Of a DNA stretch of 64,000 nucleotides, positions 9,726 to 18,757 are shown one piece after another. The notes below the pieces were generated by a model that saw only the letters and a program-made list of their open reading frames with translations, was not told where the DNA came from and did no database searches. The translations under genes were made by a program, and so were the position numbers. The DNA is taken from the NCBI GenBank assembly GCA_965283725.1, contig CBDIPT010000001.1, positions 975,730-1,039,729 of the forward strand. Reading direction: 5' to 3'. Numbering within the stretch: position 1 is the stretch's first letter; each line of letters starts with the position of its first letter. The stretch is from Limisphaerales bacterium. Its GTDB lineage: Bacteria; Verrucomicrobiota; Verrucomicrobiia; Limisphaerales; JAEYXS01.

Positions 9726-11006
9726 TTACGCTTGAGCTGTTTTATCCTGTCTGGCCTGCGCGGATGAACAGCATTGCAGCAGATTTTTTTCAATCGTGTC
9801 GATCATCTGGCTGAGGGCGAACCGTTCCATGACGGTTGCTCTTCCGGCTTGGGCGATTTGATTTCTGAGGGATGGATCGCGCGCCAGTTTTTCCAGGGCG
9901 TTGGCACAGGCGGTTGAATCACCGGCTTTGAAGAGCAAGCCGTTTTGACCATCATGGATCGCTTCTGGCGTGCCCCCGGTGGCGGTGGCCACAACGGCCA
10001 GCCCGGAAGACAATGCTTCGAGGAGCGCAATGCTGAAAGGTTCACTCCACCGCGAAGGGAAAAGAAAAATATCATGCTCGCGATAAGCCTGGGCGAGTTT
10101 TTCTTGATCTAGAGGGCCTAGAAAAGCGATCCGCCCGCGAAGTTTTTCAGCATCGGCCATGGTCCGGAGTTTGGCCAGATAGGCATCATCCGATCCTTTA
10201 CCGGCGAGGCTCAACCGGATGTCCAGGTCGGGACAGGCGGATATGGTTTTTTCGAGCGCTTCGATCGCGGTGGCGGGATCTTTGTGCGGCATCAACTGCC
10301 CGGCGAAGAGCAGTTTGACGGTTTTCTGCGGCGGTTTGGGCGCCGGAGTGAAGCTCGCCGGATCAACGCCCCAATAGATGACTGCCGGGTGAGCCGCTAC
10401 GAGACCGGCCTGCAATGCTTCATCGCGGATATGGCGTGAGGTGAACTGGTAGGTGGCGTTGGCGGGCAAGGAGCTTACAGATGCAAGCCCCAGAGGGCGC
10501 AAGATGGAAGCCAGCAGCGTCTTGATGGATTTTCTCAACGGGCTGGCGGGTTGATTACGCGTGTATTTGTACCAAGCAGTGGGTTCTTTAAGAAACCGGC
10601 AGATCCAGTCATCTGAGACATAAAACGCTACCGGAACGCCTTGATCCAAGGCAATCTGCGGCAGTGAAGCTGACAAACCGCCGAGATTCCAGAAGTATAC
10701 TACATCCGGTTTGAAGGTTTGCAGCGAGCGGCGGAAGGCACGCTGGCTTTGCCACTCGCGATAGGCGGATTTGAGCAAGCGGACCAGCGGACGAGCAGTT
10801 GCCGGCTGCACCACGAAGGGGTGGGGCAGGAGGCGTTCAACTTGCGTTTCCTTAGCTTCTTTGAACTGTTCGGCTTGATATTCGCTGGTAAGCACCTGAA
10901 AGGTGTGCCCCCGCTTTTCCAGCCCCTGCAGGACCCGGCTGCAGCCCAATTCATACCCGCCGATATAGGCAGGTGGGAAGAGGTTGCTGATGGCCAGGAT
11001 TTTCAT
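9726..11006 (-). CDS. Glycosyltransferase family 4 (GT-B)
   Basis: The N-terminus MKILAISNLFPPAYIGGYE and the block FPSRWSEPFSIALLEALSSGLAVVATATGGTPEAIHDGQNGLLF support GT4. Confidence 0.85.
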   Translation of the reverse strand: MKILAISNLFPPAYIGGYELGCSRVLQGLEKRGHTFQVLTSEYQAEQFKEAKETQVERLLPHPFVVQPATARPLVRLLKSAYREWQSQRAFRRSLQTFKPDVVYFWNLGGLSASLPQIALDQGVPVAFYVSDDWICRFLKEPTAWYKYTRNQPASPLRKSIKTLLASILRPLGLASVSSLPANATYQFTSRHIRDEALQAGLVAAHPAVIYWGVDPASFTPAPKPPQKTVKLLFAGQLMPHKDPATAIEALEKTISACPDLDIRLSLAGKGSDDAYLAKLRTMADAEKLRGRIAFLGPLDQEKLAQAYREHDIFLFPSRWSEPFSIALLEALSSGLAVVATATGGTPEAIHDGQNGLLFKAGDSTACANALEKLARDPSLRNQIAQAGRATVMERFALSQMIDTIEKNLLQCCSSAQARQDKTAQA

Positions 11007-11108
11007 CGGTTGAGAATATAAATTAAACAGCAGTAATCAGAGTTTAGCTCAGTTCCGGATGATCGCAGTTTTGGCGTGTATGCCGAGCCAGTCGCCGTTC
11101 TAAAGTTG

Positions 11109-12113
11109 TCAGTGGATTAGGGTTCCCTTTTCAACACCGTTGTTTTCGTCCAGCCATTGCCGGCATTTTGAATAAGCCATCTCATAACTGAAGGCATCGG
11201 CCGGTTTGGCGGGGTTGCTGGCAGTTGGCGGTGGCTGCGGCGGTTTTACTTTGCGGGCCACCCCATCCAGGCCGAGGCCAAGCAATAAATTTGCAACTCG
11301 TGTACGAACACGGATGCCGCGGGTAATCTTGTTTGCCAGTTGTTTTAAGGGCGAGACAGGCGCTGGTTCATGAGGTCGGTATTCGGGAGGTATGGCCAAA
11401 CCGTGAAAAGTATAAAGCCGCCGGATGTCTTTCACCATTTTCGAACTGTATTCCGGGTGAAAGCAAAGGCTGGCTTCATTCAACAAATGAATCGCAGTGG
11501 TGCCGGTGAACCAGACCAGCTTGGCCTGCCGCAGGCTGGTGAGTCTGAGGGTGATTTCCCGATCAATGCAGTTCAATCCCGTATGCCAAAGGCCTACGAT
11601 GGGAAGGCTGGAGCGCCGGAATGTGAAGCATTGGTCCCAAAACCAGAAAGCTTCACCTTTCTCGTGCGACCATTGTTCGAAGTTCTTTTGCTTGCTCAGG
11701 TCCAGACGGATGTTGCATTCCGCGCCGTAGGTCGCAATGGCTACATTCGTACCCAGTACATCGATTGAAGGGTCGGCCAGCATCAAGCTGGCGCATTTGC
11801 GGATCGATGGGTAGTCATGGACGTCATCATCCAGAATAATTTTGATGATTTCTCCCCGGCAGTTGAGGATTGCTTTGTTCAAGCCGTGAGCCTGATTGCA
11901 ATCTCGCTCGGAGCGGAAAAAGCGAAATTTTCCCTCATCATAGAACTTCTGAAGATATTCGCGCGAACCGTCTGTGCTGGCACCGTCAAAGACCACGATC
12001 TCATCCTCTGGCCGGCAGGCTTTCAGCAGGTCCGGGACAGTGCGCTGCAGGTAGCGCAATTTGTTCTTGGTGCACAGGATGTAGCTGATTTGACGGTCTG
12101 ATTCAGCAAGCAT
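11109..12113 (-). CDS. Glycosyltransferase family 2
   Basis: The block ISYILCTKNKLRYLQRTVPDLLKACRPEDEIVVFDGASTDGSREYL and a later LDDD motif support GT2. The ATG is at 12113. Confidence 0.75.
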   Translation of the reverse strand: MLAESDRQISYILCTKNKLRYLQRTVPDLLKACRPEDEIVVFDGASTDGSREYLQKFYDEGKFRFFRSERDCNQAHGLNKAILNCRGEIIKIILDDDVHDYPSIRKCASLMLADPSIDVLGTNVAIATYGAECNIRLDLSKQKNFEQWSHEKGEAFWFWDQCFTFRRSSLPIVGLWHTGLNCIDREITLRLTSLRQAKLVWFTGTTAIHLLNEASLCFHPEYSSKMVKDIRRLYTFHGLAIPPEYRPHEPAPVSPLKQLANKITRGIRVRTRVANLLLGLGLDGVARKVKPPQPPPTASNPAKPADAFSYEMAYSKCRQWLDENNGVEKGTLIH

Positions 12114-12115
12114 GA

Positions 12116-13060
12116 TCAGCTTTTTGTTTTTAGCTGGTTTTGATAGTGACTAGCAGTCTGGCTGATGCCATCCCGCAGCGAGGTGCCGGACTTCCAGCCG
12201 GTTGCATTCGTGATGGCCGAGCTATCCATCAAGCGCTTGGCGACCCCGGTGAATTTTTGCGGGTTGTAAACGATCTGTCCTTTATAGCCCACGACTTCTT
12301 TGATCGTTTCAGCGATGTCCCGGATGGTTTCAGAACGACCGGTGCCGACGTTGAATACTTGGTTGCTGACACTCGCCGGGAGGCCGATCAAAGCATCGGC
12401 TGCGTCATCAATGTAAATGAACTCGCGGACTTGGTTGCCGTCCCCCCAAACTTCCACTTGGGGCAGGTTTTGCAAATGTGCCCGGACGAATTTGCCGATC
12501 AACGCGCCCATCACGTGCGAGTTTTCTGCAAAGCTATCACCTGGACCATAGACGGTGGGCAGCACGCCGCTGGCCCACGTCAGGCCGAATTCCTGCTGGT
12601 AGGCGCGTTGGCCGATGAGCAGGGCCTTCTTGGTGAAGGCATAGCTGAAGAGATATTCTTCGGGTTCTGTGCCGTAGAGTTCGCTCTCGGGATGGGCGTT
12701 ATCGCCGGGCGGGTAGAGGCAGTAGGAAAGGGCGCTGACGAACTTGGCTTTGGGAAAGAAACGCTTCCATGCTTCCAAGATGTTGACGTTGATGCCCATG
12801 TTCACATGGAACTGCGTGCCGGGGTGTTCCACTGGCCAGCCGCCCGCCTTGTAGAGGGCGGCCAGGTGAAAAATATGATCACAATCGAACGCCCAGTGCA
12901 GGCGCTCGAAATAGGAGAAAACTGAGGCGCGATCCACCAGATCGGCGTCTTTGGAAGAGACTCCGATGACAGTGCCAGCGTCGCCGACTTTCTCCTGCAG
13001 GCGTTTGACCAGTGTCCGGCCGATGAAGCCGGAAGCACCAGTGACGATGATATTACGCAT
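12116..13060 (-). CDS. NAD(P)-dependent sugar epimerase/reductase, GDP-L-fucose synthase (Fcl)-like SDR
   Basis: ORF 12116..13084. The ATG at 13060 (MRNIIVTGASGFIG) lies 13 nt after the upstream stop. The YAFTKK catalytic YxxxK, the SHVMGALIGKF block and the WGDGNQVREFIYIDD block follow the Fcl/WcaG pattern. Confidence 0.75.
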   Translation of the reverse strand: MRNIIVTGASGFIGRTLVKRLQEKVGDAGTVIGVSSKDADLVDRASVFSYFERLHWAFDCDHIFHLAALYKAGGWPVEHPGTQFHVNMGINVNILEAWKRFFPKAKFVSALSYCLYPPGDNAHPESELYGTEPEEYLFSYAFTKKALLIGQRAYQQEFGLTWASGVLPTVYGPGDSFAENSHVMGALIGKFVRAHLQNLPQVEVWGDGNQVREFIYIDDAADALIGLPASVSNQVFNVGTGRSETIRDIAETIKEVVGYKGQIVYNPQKFTGVAKRLMDSSAITNATGWKSGTSLRDGISQTASHYQNQLKTKS

Positions 13061-13073
13061 AAGGCAGCGAGCG

Positions 13074-14315
13074 TTATTTGACACTATCGAAACCCAAGAC
13101 GTGAACGGATGGGACGGGTACGATGAATTTGCCGCCGTTCATCAAGTAGGTCTTGTGCTTGGTGATGAAGAAGTCCAAGAAATTCCAAGAGAGGATCAAG
13201 AAATAATCGGGCGGGGTCTTGAGTTCGGATTCGTGGATAATCGGGATGTGAGTGCCCGGGGTCAGGCGGCCAATCTTAAATTTATTCACCTCCGTGACGC
13301 ACTTGATGAGCGTTTTATCAATACCAGCGTAGGTGAGCAGTGTGTTGCCTTTCACCGGAGCGCCGAGGGCGACTACGGTCTTACCTTGATCGCGTAATTG
13401 CGTGAGCAAATGGCGCAACTGGGTGGTGTTTTCTTTCACCCGGAGGGCGAAGGCTTTGTAGGTTTCTAATTTATGGAAACCGTTGGCGATTTCTTTCTTG
13501 ATGGCTTCATCGACGTTCGGTGAGACCGGACGGTTTGATTCTTTGAGGGCGGCGTAAACGATGAATGAACCGCCATGGATCTCAGTGAACTCCACATCGA
13601 ACAGGACCATGCCATGGGCGTCGAACAGCCGTTTCAACGGGGCGATGGAATGGATGCAGCTGTGTTCATGGTAAAAATGATCGAACTGGTTTTTCTCGAT
13701 CAGGTCCATGAGGTTCACGCATTGGCCGACGAAAACGCTGTTCGGCTTCATCACCAGCTTCAGGCCTTCGATGAAGTCATGCAGATCGGGCAGGTGATAA
13801 AAGACGGCGGTGGCGGTGATGACGTCCGGCAAAAGCTTCAGGTGGCGGAAAGCGCGGCCCGTTTCGGAATTCCAGAAGGTTTCGCACACCGGAATCTTGT
13901 TTTCCTTGGCCAAGCGTCCGGTTTGTTGGCCGGGATCGACACCGAGGACGCGCATGCCTTGGGCGCGGAAACAGGACAGGAGGGTGCCGTCATTACAGCC
14001 GATATCCACCACCAGATCGCCCGTACCCAAGTTCAGTTTCTTGACGATGTGGGCGGACATCCTTTCAAAGTGTTGCACGACGGGGACGTTGACGCCGGTG
14101 ATGTAGGGATGGTTTGGGAAGAGAAATTCTTGCGGCGGGAACTCGGCGATCTGGACTTGCCAGCAGTTCTTGCAGACCAGCATCGAGATCTCGAAGGTGG
14201 GCTCGGAATTTTCTTCACCTGGCAGGGGGAAGTTGTTGCCGTTTGGCTGGCGGCCCAAGTCGATGAATTCTTCGAGTTGGCTCTCGCCGCAGTTCATGCA
14301 GATGGTTCTTTTCAT
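13074..14315 (-). CDS. NDP-hexose C-methyltransferase (TylCIII-type; Zn-ribbon + class I SAM MTase + C-terminal C-MT domain)
   Basis: Three regions support the call. The N-terminus CMNCGESQLEEFIDLGRQPNGNNF matches the Methyltransf_13 Zn-binding pattern. The SAM motif VVDIGCNDGTLL is present. The C-terminus ALGAPVKGNTLLTYAGID...NKFKIGRLTPGTHIPI...DYFLILSWNF matches the Methyltransf_14 pattern. Confidence 0.85.
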   Translation of the reverse strand: MKRTICMNCGESQLEEFIDLGRQPNGNNFPLPGEENSEPTFEISMLVCKNCWQVQIAEFPPQEFLFPNHPYITGVNVPVVQHFERMSAHIVKKLNLGTGDLVVDIGCNDGTLLSCFRAQGMRVLGVDPGQQTGRLAKENKIPVCETFWNSETGRAFRHLKLLPDVITATAVFYHLPDLHDFIEGLKLVMKPNSVFVGQCVNLMDLIEKNQFDHFYHEHSCIHSIAPLKRLFDAHGMVLFDVEFTEIHGGSFIVYAALKESNRPVSPNVDEAIKKEIANGFHKLETYKAFALRVKENTTQLRHLLTQLRDQGKTVVALGAPVKGNTLLTYAGIDKTLIKCVTEVNKFKIGRLTPGTHIPIIHESELKTPPDYFLILSWNFLDFFITKHKTYLMNGGKFIVPVPSVHVLGFDSVK

Positions 14316-14337
14316 GCTTTATCTTTTGGGTAAGTGG

Positions 14338-15600
<1,263 letters not shown>

Positions 15601-15604
15601 GGGG

Positions 15605-16441
15605 TTAGATGACGTCGGCAAAACGGCGTTCCGCTCCGCGGAAATAATAGGCTCCTAGAATCAGGACAAGCACGGTGACGGCGGTGCCGGAAAATAATCC
15701 GGGCCACCAAGGTTCGTAACCGGCGCCGAGGATGCACCAGCGGAAGCCATCGATGTATCCGGCAATGGGGTTCAAGGTGTAGTAGGCCAGTTTGTATTGT
15801 TCGGGGATGACGCTGGAGATGAAGCCAACCGGGCTGACGTAGAGACCGATGCGGGTGAGGAAGGGGACGAGGTGGCTGACATCGCGATATTTCACATTCA
15901 ACGCTCCGAGCCAGAGGGAAAGCCCCAAAGCGGCGGCGGCGGTCAAAGCGAAAAAGACGGGCAAGAGCAAGAGCAGCGGGCTGGGGGTGATGGCATAGCC
16001 GGCCATGAGGAGAAACATCAGAACAAGGGTGATACCGAAATCAATGGCGTTCCCGGCCACGGCGCTGGCCGGTATGATCAGGCGGGGAAAGTAAATTTTA
16101 GTGATCAGGTTCTGCGAGTTGACCAAGGAGCCGCTGCCGGTGGTGAGGGCATTGGAGAAGAATTGCCAGGGGAGCAGGGCGGCGAAAGTGACCATGGCAT
16201 AGGGAGCGCCACCGCTGGGGAGTTTGGCCACTTTTTCAAACAACACCGTGAAGACGACCATGGTCAGCAAGGGTTGGAGGACGGCCCAAGCGAGGCCAAT
16301 GGCGGTCTGTTTGTAGCGGACGAGGACATTGCGCCAGGCGAGTTGCCAGAAAAGTTCTCGGTAATACCAAAGCTCGGCAAAGTTGACAGCCTCAAGCCCG
16401 CTGCGTGGACGGATGATGCGTTCGGTGATGTGGACAGACAT
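15605..16441 (-). CDS. wzm: ABC-2 type polysaccharide exporter permease (Wzm-like)
   Basis: A 278-aa protein with six predicted TM segments. The typical N-terminal ELWYYRELFWQLAWRNVLVRYKQTAIGLAWAVLQP block is present. It is adjacent to wzt. Confidence 0.9.
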   Translation of the reverse strand: MSVHITERIIRPRSGLEAVNFAELWYYRELFWQLAWRNVLVRYKQTAIGLAWAVLQPLLTMVVFTVLFEKVAKLPSGGAPYAMVTFAALLPWQFFSNALTTGSGSLVNSQNLITKIYFPRLIIPASAVAGNAIDFGITLVLMFLLMAGYAITPSPLLLLLPVFFALTAAAALGLSLWLGALNVKYRDVSHLVPFLTRIGLYVSPVGFISSVIPEQYKLAYYTLNPIAGYIDGFRWCILGAGYEPWWPGLFSGTAVTVLVLILGAYYFRGAERRFADVI

Positions 16442-16446
16442 GGAGA

Positions 16447-16965
16447 CTAGATAAGGCGTTTGAGCAGGGGATTGTCGATCAAGCCGGAGATTTGCCGTTG
16501 GAAGCGGCGGGCTTTTTCGATGCGGGCGGTTATGGTATCGAGGTCTTCTTTGCTTTCGGTGTGGTTTTTTTGCAATGTTTCCTTGGCTTGAGTTTCCACT
16601 TGTTCCAAATGTCGGCCAGCGGTGTGTAGTTTTTTCTGCAAGGTTTCCAGAAAACCTTCTCGGAAGATTTTACGAAAATCGGTTTCGGCTTCGTAAAAAT
16701 CCCGGCGATCGCCTTTGACCCAGACTTTATGCACCGCAGTCCAGCGTTCCATCTGCCGGATAGTGATGCTGATACTGGCTTTGCTAACACCTAGTTGGGC
16801 CGCGATTTCTTCTAAACTGATAGGGGAGGGGCTTAAATAGAGCAGAGCATAGATTTGCCCAGTGAGCCGACCAAGGCCGAAAGATTGGGTGGTAGAGCCA
16901 CCCGCTTCAATAAACTTGCTGCGGGTATGCGCCCAATCTGGCTGGTTATTTTGAGTTTCTGCCAT
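16447..16965 (-). CDS. GbsR/MarR-family winged-helix transcriptional regulator
   Basis: The block GRLTGQIYALLYLSPSPISLEEIAAQLGVSKASISITIRQMERWTAV..V...GDRRDFYEA matches the GbsR-type HTH pattern. This is the first gene of the minus-strand operon, 5 nt upstream of wzm. Confidence 0.7.
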   Translation of the reverse strand: MAETQNNQPDWAHTRSKFIEAGGSTTQSFGLGRLTGQIYALLYLSPSPISLEEIAAQLGVSKASISITIRQMERWTAVHKVWVKGDRRDFYEAETDFRKIFREGFLETLQKKLHTAGRHLEQVETQAKETLQKNHTESKEDLDTITARIEKARRFQRQISGLIDNPLLKRLI

Positions 16966-17031
16966 CGTTTAGAAAATTCTAAACATTCTTTACATGGGCT
17001 GGTTTGTTAAGTCAAGTGTGGTGGATTGTAA

Positions 17032-17055
17032 GGGTGGGTGATTGTGGGTGGGGGG
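17032..17055 (+). other. Canonical G-quadruplex motif in divergent control region
   Basis: The sequence GGG-T-GGG-TGATTGT-GGG-T-GGGGGG was read directly. It lies about 70-90 bp upstream of the regulator ATG at 16965. Confidence 0.4.
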
Positions 17056-17418
17056 TAAGAGGTAGGCCATGGGTAGATGCATTTGGATGGTATTGGTATT
17101 CGGCGTGTTAACCTAAGAAATTGGCGTTGAATTGAGTTTTTAACGCTAGCAATGGCAGAGTTAATTTTGATTAGTTTATCTGATTTTTTCGGGTGTTTGT
17201 ATAATGAAATAACTGTTTGCTGGCCTGAAATGGCGGGTGGTTAGGGGTGGGTGAATGGAGATGGTTGATGTAGAGGTGGTTCGGGGGGAGATATTTTGCA
17301 AAAATCTGCTTTACACCGGAGGCAGACTTTAGTTCCTTAACGCTTGTGATTTGAGCCGGGTGTCGTGCTTGAAGATGATGACACTTGTGCTGGTTTTGAT
17401 AATTCTCTTAGACACACC

Positions 17419-18639
17419 ATGAACATTGACTATCGCAGACTGCTGGGCTTGTGTGCCGGCTTAACCTTGGCTGTATCCGTTTTTGCGCAAAACAACGCTT
17501 CGGATAAGGTGGACGCTTGGCGCAAGGCTCGTGAAGAGTATTTGAGCTCTTTGCGCGCTAAAGACCAAGTGGGTGGTCGCTTGGATAATCTCCAGAAGGA
17601 AATCGATCGTCTCTCTGATCGTCGTGTTTTCTTGGAGCGTGAGTCGGTCTATGTCCGTTCCAAGCTGGACAACGCCACGAAGCAGTTGCAGACCGCAAAT
17701 GCCAGCCAGACGCCCACTGAGATTGAGAAGTGGCAGAAGGAAGTGGCGGCGTGGGGTGATCGTAATAAATCTATCCAGACGGAGACTGCGACGATTGACA
17801 CGCAGATGGAGGCCAAGATGGCTGACTTGCGTAAGCTTGCTACCGGCGACGGTGGGTCCAAGGTTTTGATGACGGGTGATCCGATTCAAGTCTTTGTGGT
17901 GGAAGATGAGTCCTTTAATGGTGTCTATCAGGTGCGCGAAGGTGGTTATATCATCATGCCGCGCATTGGCCGGGTGCAAATCGCTGGTAAGGATTTGACG
18001 GATTCTGAGAAGGCGATCAAGAGTTCCTTGGAGGCTTCGCAGCTTCGCCAAGCTACGGTGATGGTTGAGCGCACTGTGGAAACTTACAGCCCGGGGACGG
18101 CTAACGTGGTGTATTTGGCGGGTGAATTTAAGCAGACGGGGCCGTTGTTGCTGCCTTCTGGTTATTCTCCGACGATTACTACTATTTTCATCCGCTCGGG
18201 TGGAACGAAGGACTCTGGTGATTTGACCCGCGTGAAGCTGTTGCGCTTGACCGAGGGCAAGAGCTTGGTGGAAGAGGTGAATGTCCAAGCTATCTTGGAT
18301 GGGGCTGGCTTGACGCCGGACGTGGCAGTTCAACCTGGTGATATCGTCGTGGTGCCGGCTTTTGCCAATCGCGTCTATGTGACGGGTAATGTGAAGACGC
18401 CGGGTATCGTGCAATTGCCTATCGATGAAGAGCTTACCGCTTACTCGGCGATTCTCCGCAGCGGTGGCTTTGCCCGCTTCGCTAAGAAGGGTGGAGTCTA
18501 TGTGCTGCGCAACGGTGGTAACGGCGAGAAGTTCCGTATCCCGGTGAGCATTAAGAGTGTTCAGGCTGGTAAGCAAGCTGACGTTGTGCTGCAAAGCAAC
18601 GACATTATCGTGGTGCCTGAGAGCTTCTTCAGCTTCTAA
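17419..18639 (+). CDS. wza: Polysaccharide export protein (Wza/Poly_export + SLBB) with long N-terminal coiled-coil extension
   Basis: ORF 17365..18639 begins with GTG. The ATG at 17419 gives the signal peptide MNIDYRRLLGLCAGLTLAVSVFAQ. Residues of roughly 25-160 are heptad-like and charged. They are followed by a Poly_export-like GDPIQVFVVED...GGYIIMPRIGRVQIAG block and SLBB motifs (PGDIVVVP, NDIIVVPE). Confidence 0.8.
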   Translation: MNIDYRRLLGLCAGLTLAVSVFAQNNASDKVDAWRKAREEYLSSLRAKDQVGGRLDNLQKEIDRLSDRRVFLERESVYVRSKLDNATKQLQTANASQTPTEIEKWQKEVAAWGDRNKSIQTETATIDTQMEAKMADLRKLATGDGGSKVLMTGDPIQVFVVEDESFNGVYQVREGGYIIMPRIGRVQIAGKDLTDSEKAIKSSLEASQLRQATVMVERTVETYSPGTANVVYLAGEFKQTGPLLLPSGYSPTITTIFIRSGGTKDSGDLTRVKLLRLTEGKSLVEEVNVQAILDGAGLTPDVAVQPGDIVVVPAFANRVYVTGNVKTPGIVQLPIDEELTAYSAILRSGGFARFAKKGGVYVLRNGGNGEKFRIPVSIKSVQAGKQADVVLQSNDIIVVPESFFSF

Positions 18640-18660
18640 TAAGTGTTTTCTATCAAAAGA

Positions 18661-18694
18661 CTGCGGAGCGGCTAACCGCTCCGCAGTTTTTTTT
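18661..18694 (+). terminator. Rho-independent terminator between wza-like and wzc-like genes
   Basis: CTGCGGAGCGG-CTAA-CCGCTCCGCAG forms an 11-bp perfect stem and is followed by T8. Confidence 0.75.
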
Positions 18695-18757
18695 GGTAAT
18701 CATTGCTTGCTGAGTCGGGTTGGAATGGTCTTAATATTGCTGTGATTTTTATAAGAT

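Noticed and set aside
17198-17205. A sigma-70-like promoter (TGTATAAT) for the wza-like operon.
   Set aside because: The -10-like box is plausible, but I could not find a convincing -35 at 16-18 nt spacing. Promoter consensus in this phylum is uncertain. It is mentioned only within the control-region finding.
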